Source of the DNA: an uncultured Gammaproteobacteria bacterium
GTDB lineage: Bacteria; Patescibacteriota; Microgenomatia; Daviesbacterales; UBA10151
Direction of reading: 5' to 3'
Length of the DNA: 64,000 nucleotides
NCBI GenBank assembly: GCA_964415615.1
Contig: CAYQAW010000005.1
Location: forward strand, 1,902 to 65,901
Shown here: piece after piece, positions 49,112-58,191 of the stretch
Numbering within the stretch: the first letter of the stretch is position 1
Layout: every line of letters starts with the position of its first letter
Made by a program: the position numbers and the translations under genes
The notes under the pieces: generated by a model
Database searches by the model: none
Seen by the model: only the letters and a program-made list of their open reading frames with translations
Told to the model about the DNA's origin: nothing

Positions 49112-49279
49112 GGACAAGTCCAGAATCAACATTTTGTATTTCCTCAATTGGTAAATAACACAAAAATTCCATATGAGCTTGTAATTAACCTTCCCAAACC
49201 CAGATATGAGAGGAATGTAACTGAAAGGGATAAATTTGGAAGGATTTTGCATTCCCAACCATTAGAATCCTTGGTGTAG
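49112..49279 (+). other. Detached C-terminal 55 codons of the recombinase (attP form)
   Basis: GQVQNQHFVFPQLVNNTKIPYELVINLPKPRYERNVTERDKFGRILHSQPLESLV*; in frame with 51337-51855 when joined at GGAAT. Confidence 0.7.
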
Positions 49280-49290
49280 AATAAAATCAG

Positions 49291-49911
49291 ATGAAACCAG
49301 TTAAGCAAAAGCTTTCTTTTTCGAAGAAAAATAGTGGTTTTGCGAAGCAAAAACTTTATTGTTATGTTGATGAATCAGGTCAGGATACAAAAGGAGATGT
49401 TTTTGTAGTATCAATTGTAGTTACTGGTAAAGAAAGAGATGAGTTATTAACCCTTTGTGAGGAAATTGAAAAAGAAAGTGGTAAAGGAAAATTTAAGTGG
49501 GGCAAAGCTGAGCATAATCGTAGAATGGAGTATATTAAGAGGATATTCTCAAGTAAGATCTTTAGAGGTAAACTCCGTTATACAGTTTATAAAGAACAAG
49601 TCAATTATGACATGGCAACTATCATGGGAATTGCCAAAGCTGTTCACTTTAAAGAGCCTAAAGAATATACAACTTTAGTCTATGTAGATGGTTTAGCTAA
49701 GACTAAAAGAATGGAATATGGAAGTGAATTAAGAAAACTTGGCGTGCCTACCAGAAAAGTTCAAGGTGTAAGCAGAGATGAGAATAATGCTTTAACCAGA
49801 CTAGCTGATGCTATAGCTGGGTTTGTCAGAGATGTATTGAGAAAAGAGGGTGAGGATATGGAAAAGCTTTTCCAAGAGGCTATTAAGGAAGAAAGTTTAA
49901 TTAAAGTTTAA
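49291..49911 (+). CDS. DUF3800 family protein
   Basis: YCYVDESG start, YVDG and LADAIAG motifs. Confidence 0.85.
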   Translation: MKPVKQKLSFSKKNSGFAKQKLYCYVDESGQDTKGDVFVVSIVVTGKERDELLTLCEEIEKESGKGKFKWGKAEHNRRMEYIKRIFSSKIFRGKLRYTVYKEQVNYDMATIMGIAKAVHFKEPKEYTTLVYVDGLAKTKRMEYGSELRKLGVPTRKVQGVSRDENNALTRLADAIAGFVRDVLRKEGEDMEKLFQEAIKEESLIKV

Positions 49912-50028
49912 CCAAAAAAAACCACCCACAAGGGGTGGTAGAACCTAGTCTTTCGACAGCTTACCGATACGGCCAGTTTTTGGTTCGATTTGTCTATATA
50001 TTACCATAAAACTCACAAATAGACAAAT
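49910..50028. ncRNA. Candidate DUF3800-associated structured RNA
   Basis: Stems ACCACCC/GGGTGGT, GTC-TTTC-GAC, GAACC/GGTTC and ATTTGTCTAT/ATAGACAAAT directly after DUF3800. Confidence 0.45.
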
Positions 50029-50265
50029 TTCTGTAAAATCTGATATCTAGATAAATATAAATCCAAGGTTACTCTTACTTTGTTCATACATAGCTTTAAT
50101 TATATCTTAAATGCTTTGAGGTAATCTAAGTCATTAGAAGTTAGTATCAGGAGATAGGCACAGCTTAAAAAAATTAAAGGTTTGAAATTAGGTTCAGAGA
50201 TTGGAGGTTTGCAAAAGAAGCATTTATGAAAGCATTTAAAAAATTTGGAGGAGGTGATAGATAAA

Positions 50266-50715
50266 ATGGCAATCGTTAGATGGAATCCTATTAGAGCTAT
50301 TGATAGATTTTTTGATGATGATTTTGACTTTGACCTTCCTACACTTCCAGGCATATCAAGGCTGGCTGGACAAGGATTAAATCTTTATGAAACTGATAAT
50401 GAAATAGTAGCAGAGGCAGCTGTACCTGGTATTCCTGAAGACAAAGTGGATGTGACTGTTGATAACGGAGTGGTAAGAGTTACTGGCTCCTATGAGGATA
50501 CACAGGAAGATAAAGGTAAGAAAAGGTACTACATGTCATCTATGTCTTCTTCATACAATTATGCCTTTAGATTACCTGAAGGAGCAGTCAAAGACAAAGA
50601 GCCAGCTTGTGAATTAGATAATGGGGTATTAAGAATTAAGTTTGAAAAGGCTCAAAAAGCAGCACCAAAAAGGCTTAAGATTCTAACAAAATCTAAACCA
50701 AAAGAGCTCCAATAG
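50266..50715 (+). CDS. Hsp20/alpha-crystallin small heat-shock protein
   Basis: MAIVRWNP, NLYET..AAVPG and LDNGVLRI motifs; strong SD. Confidence 0.92.
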   Translation: MAIVRWNPIRAIDRFFDDDFDFDLPTLPGISRLAGQGLNLYETDNEIVAEAAVPGIPEDKVDVTVDNGVVRVTGSYEDTQEDKGKKRYYMSSMSSSYNYAFRLPEGAVKDKEPACELDNGVLRIKFEKAQKAAPKRLKILTKSKPKELQ

Positions 50716-50740
50716 AGTTGCCTAAGGGAGGTAAGAGAGT

Positions 50741-51196
50741 ATGGCAAAAGAATTTGTGACTAAAACAGGTAATACCCTAGCATGGGTGGCGATAGGAATT
50801 TCAATCCTAGCATTGATTATTTCTCTTATGGCTTTAAACCAACCAGCTAGAGTAAGACCAGCTTCAGAAACTGCCTCTCAGGATTTACAAACTCAAATTA
50901 AGTCACTTCAACAACAATTTGATATAAATCAAGCCCGTCAAAAATTAGAGGATGTAAGGCAGAGAGTAGCCACAGGTGGTGCAGATATGACACAAATACA
51001 AAAGGATATAGCACAAATTAGAAATGATTTAAGAGAAAGATTTCAAAATGCAGCAGAGATAACTAAACAATCTTGGCAACAATTAGATGATGAGTTAAAC
51101 CAGGTGGAAATAAGTTTAAAGGAAGGTGGAGCTAATATTTTAGATGCTATAGATAAAGCTATAAATACATTGAAGACAAAAATCAGATATGGATAA
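50741..51196 (+). CDS. Membrane-anchored coiled-coil hypothetical protein
   Basis: One TM helix then heptad-rich helices; GGAGG SD. Confidence 0.75.
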   Translation: MAKEFVTKTGNTLAWVAIGISILALIISLMALNQPARVRPASETASQDLQTQIKSLQQQFDINQARQKLEDVRQRVATGGADMTQIQKDIAQIRNDLRERFQNAAEITKQSWQQLDDELNQVEISLKEGGANILDAIDKAINTLKTKIRYG

Positions 51197-51265
51197 ACAA
51201 AAGACTAGCTATGAAATGTCAAGTATTAAAAATTAATACAGCTAAAAGCTCTTCAAGGAGGTGTA

Positions 51266-51870
51266 CGTTGTACCCAAAACTTTGAGTAATTCGAATATAT
51301 CAAATTACTTAAGTACATTATGAAAGGAAGTGTCAGTTGCCTGGGGTAAATGCTGCTATTTTGGATGGAATGGTGTGGAATGAATTAATGAAATTTGTAA
51401 AGAATCCAACACTTCTAAAAAGTAAAGTTGAAGAAGTTTTAAGAGAAAGAAAAGAAAAAGCTGCTGATAAGCTGGAAAACGATAGATTAACCAGTCTTGT
51501 TAGTAAGATCGAGGAAGAAGAGCAAAGATATGCAAAAGCCTATGGATCAGGTTCTTTAGATTTTGAGCAATTTAAAGACTTAATGAGAGATGCCAAGAAA
51601 AGAAAACTGATTTTCCAAACCCAGCTTAATAGTTTAAAATCAACCACTCAGGAGGAAGATTTAGATAAGGTTCAGGTAGATGACATTTGCTATGAGGCAA
51701 ATAAGGTACTAAATGAGATAGAATATACAGATAAGTCTAGATTTATTAAAACATTAGTAGATAAAGTAATTATAAAAGAAGGAGGATGGGTTAACGTATG
51801 CGGACATATACCATTGTTTATCCAAAAGTTGGGAGATGAGCCTACGAGTGGGAATAGTTGGATTGCCTAA
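51266..51870 (+). pseudogene. Large serine recombinase, C-terminal zinc-ribbon/coiled-coil remnant
   Basis: RKCQLPGVNA..LDGMVW..coiled coil..LVDKVII..GHIP; catalytic domain absent; ORF overlaps ychF start. Confidence 0.75.
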
Positions 51871-52867
51871 TGTGGGGAAGTCTACTTTATTTAATGCCCT
51901 GTTGAAAAAGAGGGTAGCCCTTAGTGCAAATTATCCTTTTGCCACCATTGAACCAAATGTTGGGGTAGTTGCTGTACCTGATGAGAGATTAGACAAGTTA
52001 GCAGAATTGGTTAAAAATGAAGAGAAAATGGTTCAATTGCCTCCTATTGTTCCAGCAATTGTGGAATTTGTAGATATTGCAGGTTTAGTTAAAGGTGCTG
52101 CAACTGGAGCAGGACTGGGTAACCAGTTTTTGTCTCACATAAGGGAAGTAGATGCCATAATTCATGTGTTAAGGGATTTTTCTGATTCTAATATTATCAG
52201 AGAGGGAAGTATTGCCCCTGATGAAGATAAATTGATAGTAGAGACAGAATTAGGTCTGGCTGATTTGGAAACTTTAGAGAAATTATTAAAAGATAAAGCT
52301 CTGGAACCAGAAAAAAAAGAGATATTAAATAAAATAAAAGAAGACCTGGATGCAGGCAGAAATCCTGGAATTTATCCTGATTTACCATTACTGTCTACAA
52401 AACCTGTTTTGTTAGTTTTTAATGTTTCAGAGGAGGAATATAAACAAAAAGTTACTGGCCAGAAACAAAATGAAATGGTTATATCAGCCAGACTGGAAGA
52501 AGAATTGGCTGATTTATCTGAGCAAGAGAGGGTGGAGTATCTAAAAGAGCTAGGAATAGAACAGACTGGTTTGGAAAGGCTGATTAAAAAAGCTTACAGC
52601 CTGCTTGGTTTGATCTCCTTTTTAACAGCAGGCAAAAAGGAAGTTAGGGCTTGGACTATTCAAAAAGGGACCAAGGCTCTACAGGCAGCAGGGGTTATCC
52701 ATACAGATTTTGAAAAAAAGTTTATCAGGGCTCAGATTGTTTCTTATGAGAAACTAATAGAAGCAGGTTCTTTAGCTGCTGCTAAACAAAAGGGTTGGGT
52801 AAGAACTGAAGGAAAAGATTATGAGATGAGAGATGGAGATGTGGTGGAATTTTTAATTGGTTCATAG
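51836..52867 (+). CDS. ychF: Redox-regulated ATPase YchF
   Basis: GIVGLPNVGKST, NYPFATIEPN, DIAGLV and TGS domain. Confidence 0.97.
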   Translation: MSLRVGIVGLPNVGKSTLFNALLKKRVALSANYPFATIEPNVGVVAVPDERLDKLAELVKNEEKMVQLPPIVPAIVEFVDIAGLVKGAATGAGLGNQFLSHIREVDAIIHVLRDFSDSNIIREGSIAPDEDKLIVETELGLADLETLEKLLKDKALEPEKKEILNKIKEDLDAGRNPGIYPDLPLLSTKPVLLVFNVSEEEYKQKVTGQKQNEMVISARLEEELADLSEQERVEYLKELGIEQTGLERLIKKAYSLLGLISFLTAGKKEVRAWTIQKGTKALQAAGVIHTDFEKKFIRAQIVSYEKLIEAGSLAAAKQKGWVRTEGKDYEMRDGDVVEFLIGS

Positions 52868-53835
52868 TAAACCCCTTTGGTTGTCCCTCTTTTTCTGATT
52901 AAACCTTGATCTGCTAGTTTTTTTAGATCATAACGTAGTGTCCTTTCGTTTATAGACATAAATCTTCTTTTGATAGTATCAAAGTTTATAAGCGCGTGGT
53001 CTTTTATAATATTTAAAATCTCTGCCCTTCTAGGAAGCAATAGGTCTTCCATACTCACTTTTTGTTTTTCCAGAATTTGTTGTTTAGCCTTTTCTGATGC
53101 AGAGGATATAGCCTCTAACATAAATTGTAAAAAATCTGTGACATCATTTTCTGATGATTCCAGTGTTTGATAATAAGCAGAGCGGTGGTTATCTAAATAT
53201 TCCTCAATTACTGCCAGTCCCTTCATACCATAATCTCCTTTATTCAAAACTGCTTGTAGAAATAATCGGCCTATTCTGCCATTTCCATCTAAAAAGGGAT
53301 GAATTTTTTCAAAGGTATAATGAGTTAAACAAGCTTTAATGGGAGTAAATTGTTCTTTAGAACTATTTACAAACTTTAATAGTTTGGTAATTAGTGAGGA
53401 TATCTTACCAGGTGATGGAGGCATATAAATGGCAATACCAGCAGAATTAAAAATAGCGCTAACTTCAACTCTGAATCTTCCCAGATCTGATTTTTCTATT
53501 AAGTTACCCATAACCATTTGATGTAGAGTTAGCAAATCCTTAGTATTAAAATCCCGCGCGCTTCTTTGAATAATCCATTCTAAAGCTTTTAAAATATTAA
53601 AAATTTCACGGCGTTTTTGGTCTTTGGAAGAAAGTTGAGAGAGGGTATCTTCTGTTGTATTGTTGCCTTCAATACGGGCAGAAAAAAGAGAGCTTTTTAA
53701 AATTGATTTTCTTCTAATATTAATTTCTATCTCTAAAGGTGTGAAAATAGAATTAATTACTTCTTTGTTGGCCTCGATAGTTTGAAGAAGCTGAGATATT
53801 TTTGGAGTTAAAAAGTATTTAGGAGGAATTTGCAT
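52819..53835 (-). CDS. Fic family protein (class II) with C-terminal HTH
   Basis: HPFLDGNGRIGR; SARIEGN inhibitory motif; ERTLRYDLKKL HTH. Confidence 0.93.
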   Translation of the reverse strand: MQIPPKYFLTPKISQLLQTIEANKEVINSIFTPLEIEINIRRKSILKSSLFSARIEGNNTTEDTLSQLSSKDQKRREIFNILKALEWIIQRSARDFNTKDLLTLHQMVMGNLIEKSDLGRFRVEVSAIFNSAGIAIYMPPSPGKISSLITKLLKFVNSSKEQFTPIKACLTHYTFEKIHPFLDGNGRIGRLFLQAVLNKGDYGMKGLAVIEEYLDNHRSAYYQTLESSENDVTDFLQFMLEAISSASEKAKQQILEKQKVSMEDLLLPRRAEILNIIKDHALINFDTIKRRFMSINERTLRYDLKKLADQGLIRKRGTTKGVYYEPIKNSTTSPSLIS

Positions 53836-53836
53836 G

Positions 53837-53896
53837 GTAATTTCCTAATATTACCAGATATTTCCTAATCTTGCCAGATATTGCCTAATCTGTCCA
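53837..53896. repeat. 20-nt tandem repeat with 10-nt sub-period upstream of fic
   Basis: tttcctaatattaccagata tttcctaatcttgccagata ttgcctaatctgtcc. Confidence 0.75.
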
Positions 53897-53950
53897 AAAA
53901 AAATTTGCTATTGAATCTTAATGGATTATCCTGTAAAATTGCTTAAGTTT

Positions 53951-54220
53951 ATGAACAATTATAATTTAACACTAGTTTTAAAACCTAATTTGGAAGAGAA
54001 AGCCCGCCAAGCGCTTTTGGAATCTTTAAAAAAGAAATTTGCCAAGGTAGAAAAAGAAGATCTCTGGGGACAGCGTTCTTTGGCTTACCCGATTAAAAAA
54101 CAAACTTCTGGGTTTTATGCTCATTTTGTAATTGAAGCTGAGCCTAAAATTGCCAAAGAGCTTGACAAAACTTTGAGATCAGAGGAAGATGTATTGCGGT
54201 ATTTGTTTGTAAGGGTTTAA
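53951..54220 (+). CDS. rpsF: 30S ribosomal protein S6
   Basis: WGQRSLAYPIKK and VLRYL motifs; rpsF-ssb-rpsR synteny. Confidence 0.95.
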   Translation: MNNYNLTLVLKPNLEEKARQALLESLKKKFAKVEKEDLWGQRSLAYPIKKQTSGFYAHFVIEAEPKIAKELDKTLRSEEDVLRYLFVRV

Positions 54221-54226
54221 TAATTT

Positions 54227-54709
54227 ATGGCTTCAAGATCGTGGAATAGGATTGAGCTGATAGGTAATTTAACAAGGGATCCAGAACTCCGTTATACTCC
54301 TTCTGGCAGCGCAGTAGTCACTTTTGGCATTGCCACAAACCGTTATTACACCACCTCTGATGGTGAGAAAAAAGAAGAAACAGATTTTCACAGATTAGTT
54401 GCCTGGAATAAATTAGCAGAAATTTGTAACCAATTCCTCAAAAAAGGCATGAAAGTATTTGTTTCGGGGCGTTTGCAATACAGGGAATGGGAAGGCCAGG
54501 ATGGTCAAAAAAGAAGAGATGCAGAAATTACTATAGAAGATATGATAATCCTTTCTCCAAAAGGAACAGGGGAGCCAATGACTGTCAGAGAAGAAGAATC
54601 CAAGATAGAAGAGAAAAAGACAGAAGAAATAAAAGAAGCAGAACCTGAAGCACCTGCAGTTGTAGAGAAAGCCCCTCAAGAAGAGGTTAAAGACGATCTG
54701 CCATTTTAA
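54227..54709 (+). CDS. ssb: Single-stranded DNA-binding protein
   Basis: LIGNLTRDPELRYT motif and DDLPF tail. Confidence 0.97.
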   Translation: MASRSWNRIELIGNLTRDPELRYTPSGSAVVTFGIATNRYYTTSDGEKKEETDFHRLVAWNKLAEICNQFLKKGMKVFVSGRLQYREWEGQDGQKRRDAEITIEDMIILSPKGTGEPMTVREEESKIEEKKTEEIKEAEPEAPAVVEKAPQEEVKDDLPF

Positions 54710-54752
54710 GGCACTCTTGTTCCTAAGTTAGATTTAAGATATAATCCCACAT

Positions 54753-55055
54753 ATGGCTGAGAAGAAAATAACCAGAAAAATTACTAAAGTCTCAAAAGAG
54801 GCAAACGAACCTGTTGAGAAACCAGTTGAAGCAGAAGCAGAAAAAGTAGTCAGAAAAAAAGTCTGCTTTTTTTGCCAAAGCAAAACCACTCCTTCTTATA
54901 CTGATACATCAGTTTTACGTCACTATCTTTCTGATAGGGTAAAAATTGTCTCAAAACTTAAGAGCAATGTTTGTAGCAGACATCAAAGAGCAGTTACTAA
55001 ACAGATCAAGTATGCCAGGCATTTAGGCTTACTTCCTTTTGTCCCCAAAGTTTAA
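54753..55055 (+). CDS. rpsR: 30S ribosomal protein S18 with N-terminal extension
   Basis: KKVCFFC, HQR and IKYARHLGLLPF motifs. Confidence 0.93.
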   Translation: MAEKKITRKITKVSKEANEPVEKPVEAEAEKVVRKKVCFFCQSKTTPSYTDTSVLRHYLSDRVKIVSKLKSNVCSRHQRAVTKQIKYARHLGLLPFVPKV

Positions 55056-55119
55056 TTCAGTTCATAGTTATTAGTTCATAGTTCATAGAAAAAAACTACC
55101 AACTACTAACTACAAACTA
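55056..55119. repeat. Heptamer repeat hairpin (TTCATAG / CTACNAA), possible terminator
   Basis: ttcatag ttattag ttcatag ttcatag, A7, ctaccaa ctactaa ctacaaa cta. Confidence 0.65.
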
Positions 55120-55145
55120 AAAACTATCTAGTGTAAACTAGATCT

Positions 55146-55814
55146 ATGCCCAAGTTATCCGGCTTGTTTGATAGCTTTGATAATTTAGATCAAATTCTTC
55201 CTGAAGATATAGCTTCCTTTCTAAAACCTGTTCCTCAGCTTGCTACTCTGGAAGATTATTTGGCAAATAGAATTTTATATCCTCAAGCCATACCGCAAAC
55301 AGCCTTTGATATGCAGATAGATCTGGGTATTCTCAGGGAGGCTTTAAAAATGAATGGACCTAAGCCCGGTATAGATAAAAATAATGCTCTGCTTGGTAGT
55401 AATCCATTTTTAAATATTACTTTAAGGAAGTTACTGGTACCTGCAAAATTTCTTAATTTTGTGCCAAATCTTGCTCAATTAACACAGGTTTTTATAGACG
55501 CCCTACTTTTGGATAGAAAAAAAGAAGATTGGTTTGAAGATTTGTGGACTATTGTTTTAACAGATGATACTGATGAGATAGTGGGTTCTATAATTTTAAC
55601 CCAGTTTGATGGCAGTGGCGGAGTGATGGAACTAAGCGTACTTAATAAGAATTACCAGATTAGGCAAGGCAGCATGATGGTGATATCTTGTCCTAAAGAC
55701 AGGTGTGAGATATCGTATAAGCTCAAAGGGGGTCATGTTTTAGGTAAGACTGAGAGCGCAATTGAAGTTTATGGTGGAAAACTGGGTGTAATGGTTGATG
55801 GGAGGGGGCCATGA
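55146..55814 (+). CDS. Hypothetical protein resembling the C-terminal half of GlmL/MutL(glutamate mutase L)-like proteins
   Basis: ANRILYPQAIPQT..DLGILREAL and GGKLGVMVDGRG recalled from that family; no ATPase N-terminus. Confidence 0.55.
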   Translation: MPKLSGLFDSFDNLDQILPEDIASFLKPVPQLATLEDYLANRILYPQAIPQTAFDMQIDLGILREALKMNGPKPGIDKNNALLGSNPFLNITLRKLLVPAKFLNFVPNLAQLTQVFIDALLLDRKKEDWFEDLWTIVLTDDTDEIVGSIILTQFDGSGGVMELSVLNKNYQIRQGSMMVISCPKDRCEISYKLKGGHVLGKTESAIEVYGGKLGVMVDGRGP

Positions 55815-56956
55815 AGTATTTTGCCCCTGTTAGAATCAGAATAGAAAAAGATGTGGTAACGCTGGTTACCAGAGTTTTAAGAGGGAAAGGAACCTTGAAT
55901 GTTAATGTGGGCCAACAGGTTAGCCCTGAGGAAATAATAGGTACTGGAGAAGTGACTTCAGGATTTAGAACATTAAACTTATCTACGCTGCTTTCTGTTG
56001 CACCTGAGCAGGTGGAAAAATTCCTTATAAAACAAATTGGCCAACGGATTTACCAGGGTGAACTTCTAGCTTACAGAAAAGGAGGATTTTTTACTCCTAA
56101 AAAACAGATCACTTCGCCTACAGATGGGATACTTGATTTTTTCAATAATAAAACTGGGGAATTAAAGATTTCTCTTGCTCCCAGGAAAGCAGATTTGCCA
56201 GCAGGGGTTTATGGAATAATTGATATGGTTGATCAGAGTCGTGGTCAAGTTATGATCCGTACTCAAGTGAGCAGAATTTATGGTATATGTGGTTCTGGCA
56301 GATCCCGCGATGGTATTTTACATATTTTAGGTAAAAAAGATGAGTTAGTCCCTAAAAATATGATCCAAAATAAATTCGATGGGCAGATATTAGTGGGGGG
56401 CAGTTTGTTTTTTAAAGATACTATCTCTGCTTCAATTTCAGCTGGTGTTTCAGGAATTATTATCGGAGGTATCAATGCTACAGATTACAAAGGCATGGCT
56501 GGCGGGCGTTTGAGTTTTCCTAAGAAATTAGATAATGATATAGGTATTTCAATTATAGTTTGTGAGGGGTTTGGATCAATTCCTTTGGGTAATGATATTT
56601 TTGACGAATTAAAAGAATATGAAGGGAGATTTGTTTTTATTGATGGAAATAAAGCAGTAGTCAGCCTGCCTTCACCTGTTTCATCTAGCTTAATTAAAGT
56701 AAAAAACACAGGAATACCTATGCAGCAGACTAATGATTTTGTATCAGGAAATCCTGCGGAGCAGATTTTACAGCTTAGTGTGGGTATGAAAGTTAGAGTG
56801 GTGGGCAATTATTATCTTGCAGCGCAGGGGAAGCTTTTGGCAGTGGACGATTCTCCAACCCTTTTGCCTTCTGGGATTAAAACCTGCCTGGCAACAGTGG
56901 AAACAGCCAGCAAAAAGATTCAGGTGCCAGTTGCTAACTTAGAGGTAATGATGTAA
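55811..56956 (+). CDS. Uncharacterised 381-aa protein with barrel-sandwich hybrid repeats and KOW-like end
   Basis: VNVGQQVSPEEII, SPTDG, GVSGIIIGGI, EGFG and VPVANLEV motifs. Confidence 0.7.
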   Translation: MKYFAPVRIRIEKDVVTLVTRVLRGKGTLNVNVGQQVSPEEIIGTGEVTSGFRTLNLSTLLSVAPEQVEKFLIKQIGQRIYQGELLAYRKGGFFTPKKQITSPTDGILDFFNNKTGELKISLAPRKADLPAGVYGIIDMVDQSRGQVMIRTQVSRIYGICGSGRSRDGILHILGKKDELVPKNMIQNKFDGQILVGGSLFFKDTISASISAGVSGIIIGGINATDYKGMAGGRLSFPKKLDNDIGISIIVCEGFGSIPLGNDIFDELKEYEGRFVFIDGNKAVVSLPSPVSSSLIKVKNTGIPMQQTNDFVSGNPAEQILQLSVGMKVRVVGNYYLAAQGKLLAVDDSPTLLPSGIKTCLATVETASKKIQVPVANLEVMM

Positions 56957-56969
56957 AGTTTCCTGTTAT

Positions 56970-58190
56970 ATGAAAGATTTCCTCAAGAATATGAATCCCA
57001 GAATTGTTTTAATAGTAATTTTAGCATTTCTTTTAGGCTGGCAATTGGGTCATAAAGATGTACAGATTAAAGTAGCTGCCTATAGGCCCTCAATTTCCAT
57101 AATAAATAAAGAACCTCCAAAGCAGATTAATGTAGACTTTAAGCTATTTTGGGACACTTGGGATCTTTTATACCGCTCTTATTTAAATAAAAAAACAATA
57201 GATCCTAACAAATTATTTTATGGGGCTATTTCTGGGATGGTTTCTGCTTTAGGTGATCCTTATACAGTCTTTTTACCACCAGATCAGCAAAAATTTACCA
57301 AGGATGAATTAAATGGCAGTTTTGAAGGTGTAGGGATTCAACTTGGTTTTAATAAAGATAAGAGATTGGTGGTTATAGCTCCACTTTCAGGAACACCTGC
57401 TCAGAAGGCAGGAATCAAACCTGGAGATCAGATTATTAAAATTGATGATAGAGATACTACCAATATGGCGCTTCCAGAGGCAGTTAATCTAATCAGAGGC
57501 ACTAAGGGTACCCAGATAACTTTAACTATTTTTAGAGAAGGAGATACAGACACTAAATCTTTTATTTTAAAAAGAGATACGATCATTGTTAAAAGTGTAG
57601 AGGTTTCTTACAAAGAGACAAAGTCCGGTAAAAAAGTGGCAGTTATTAAATTATCACGTTTCGGTGAAAGAACAGAAGACGAGTGGAAGAGTGGTATCTC
57701 TGATTTAATTTCAGCAAATTCTCAGGCAGTTGTGTTAGATTTAAGAAATAATCCAGGTGGATTCCTGGAAGGGGCAGTTTTTATTGGATCAGAGTTTTTA
57801 GATGGAGGGGATGTGGTATTACAAGAGAATAGTGAGGGGGCAAGAACGCCGTTTAAAGTTGTCAGACAAGGAAAATTGACTTCAATACCAATGGTAGCTT
57901 TAATAAATAAAGGATCTGCCTCAGCTTCAGAAATTGTGGCAGGGGCATTGCAGGATCGGAAACGCGGGCAGCTGATAGGTGATCAATCATTTGGTAAGGG
58001 GACGATTCAGGAAGCACAGGAGTTGACGGGAGGGACCGGGATTCATATTACTGTAGCAAAGTGGTTAACACCAAATGGCAAGTGGGTTAATGACACTCAA
58101 GGTCTTGTTCCTGATGTTAAAATAGATATGGATAAAGAAGATACAATCAAGGATCCACAGTTGGATAAAGCATTAGAATTGCTTGATTAG
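56970..58190 (+). CDS. S41 C-terminal processing peptidase
   Basis: LGDPYT, PDZ, DLRNNPGG, SASASEI and FGKG motifs. Confidence 0.95.
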   Translation: MKDFLKNMNPRIVLIVILAFLLGWQLGHKDVQIKVAAYRPSISIINKEPPKQINVDFKLFWDTWDLLYRSYLNKKTIDPNKLFYGAISGMVSALGDPYTVFLPPDQQKFTKDELNGSFEGVGIQLGFNKDKRLVVIAPLSGTPAQKAGIKPGDQIIKIDDRDTTNMALPEAVNLIRGTKGTQITLTIFREGDTDTKSFILKRDTIIVKSVEVSYKETKSGKKVAVIKLSRFGERTEDEWKSGISDLISANSQAVVLDLRNNPGGFLEGAVFIGSEFLDGGDVVLQENSEGARTPFKVVRQGKLTSIPMVALINKGSASASEIVAGALQDRKRGQLIGDQSFGKGTIQEAQELTGGTGIHITVAKWLTPNGKWVNDTQGLVPDVKIDMDKEDTIKDPQLDKALELLD

Positions 58191-58191
58191 T

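Larger units (their letters stand above)
49107..51855 (+). mobile_element. Decayed serine-integrase element integrated in ychF 5' end
   Basis: GGAAT core at both junctions; recombinase remnant at right end, in-frame 55-codon tail at left end; cargo DUF3800, Hsp20 and a coiled-coil protein. Confidence 0.8.

Noticed and set aside
49049-49350. Two minus-strand ORFs of 68-69 aa
   Set aside because: Shadows of the left junction, the detached recombinase tail and the DUF3800 start.
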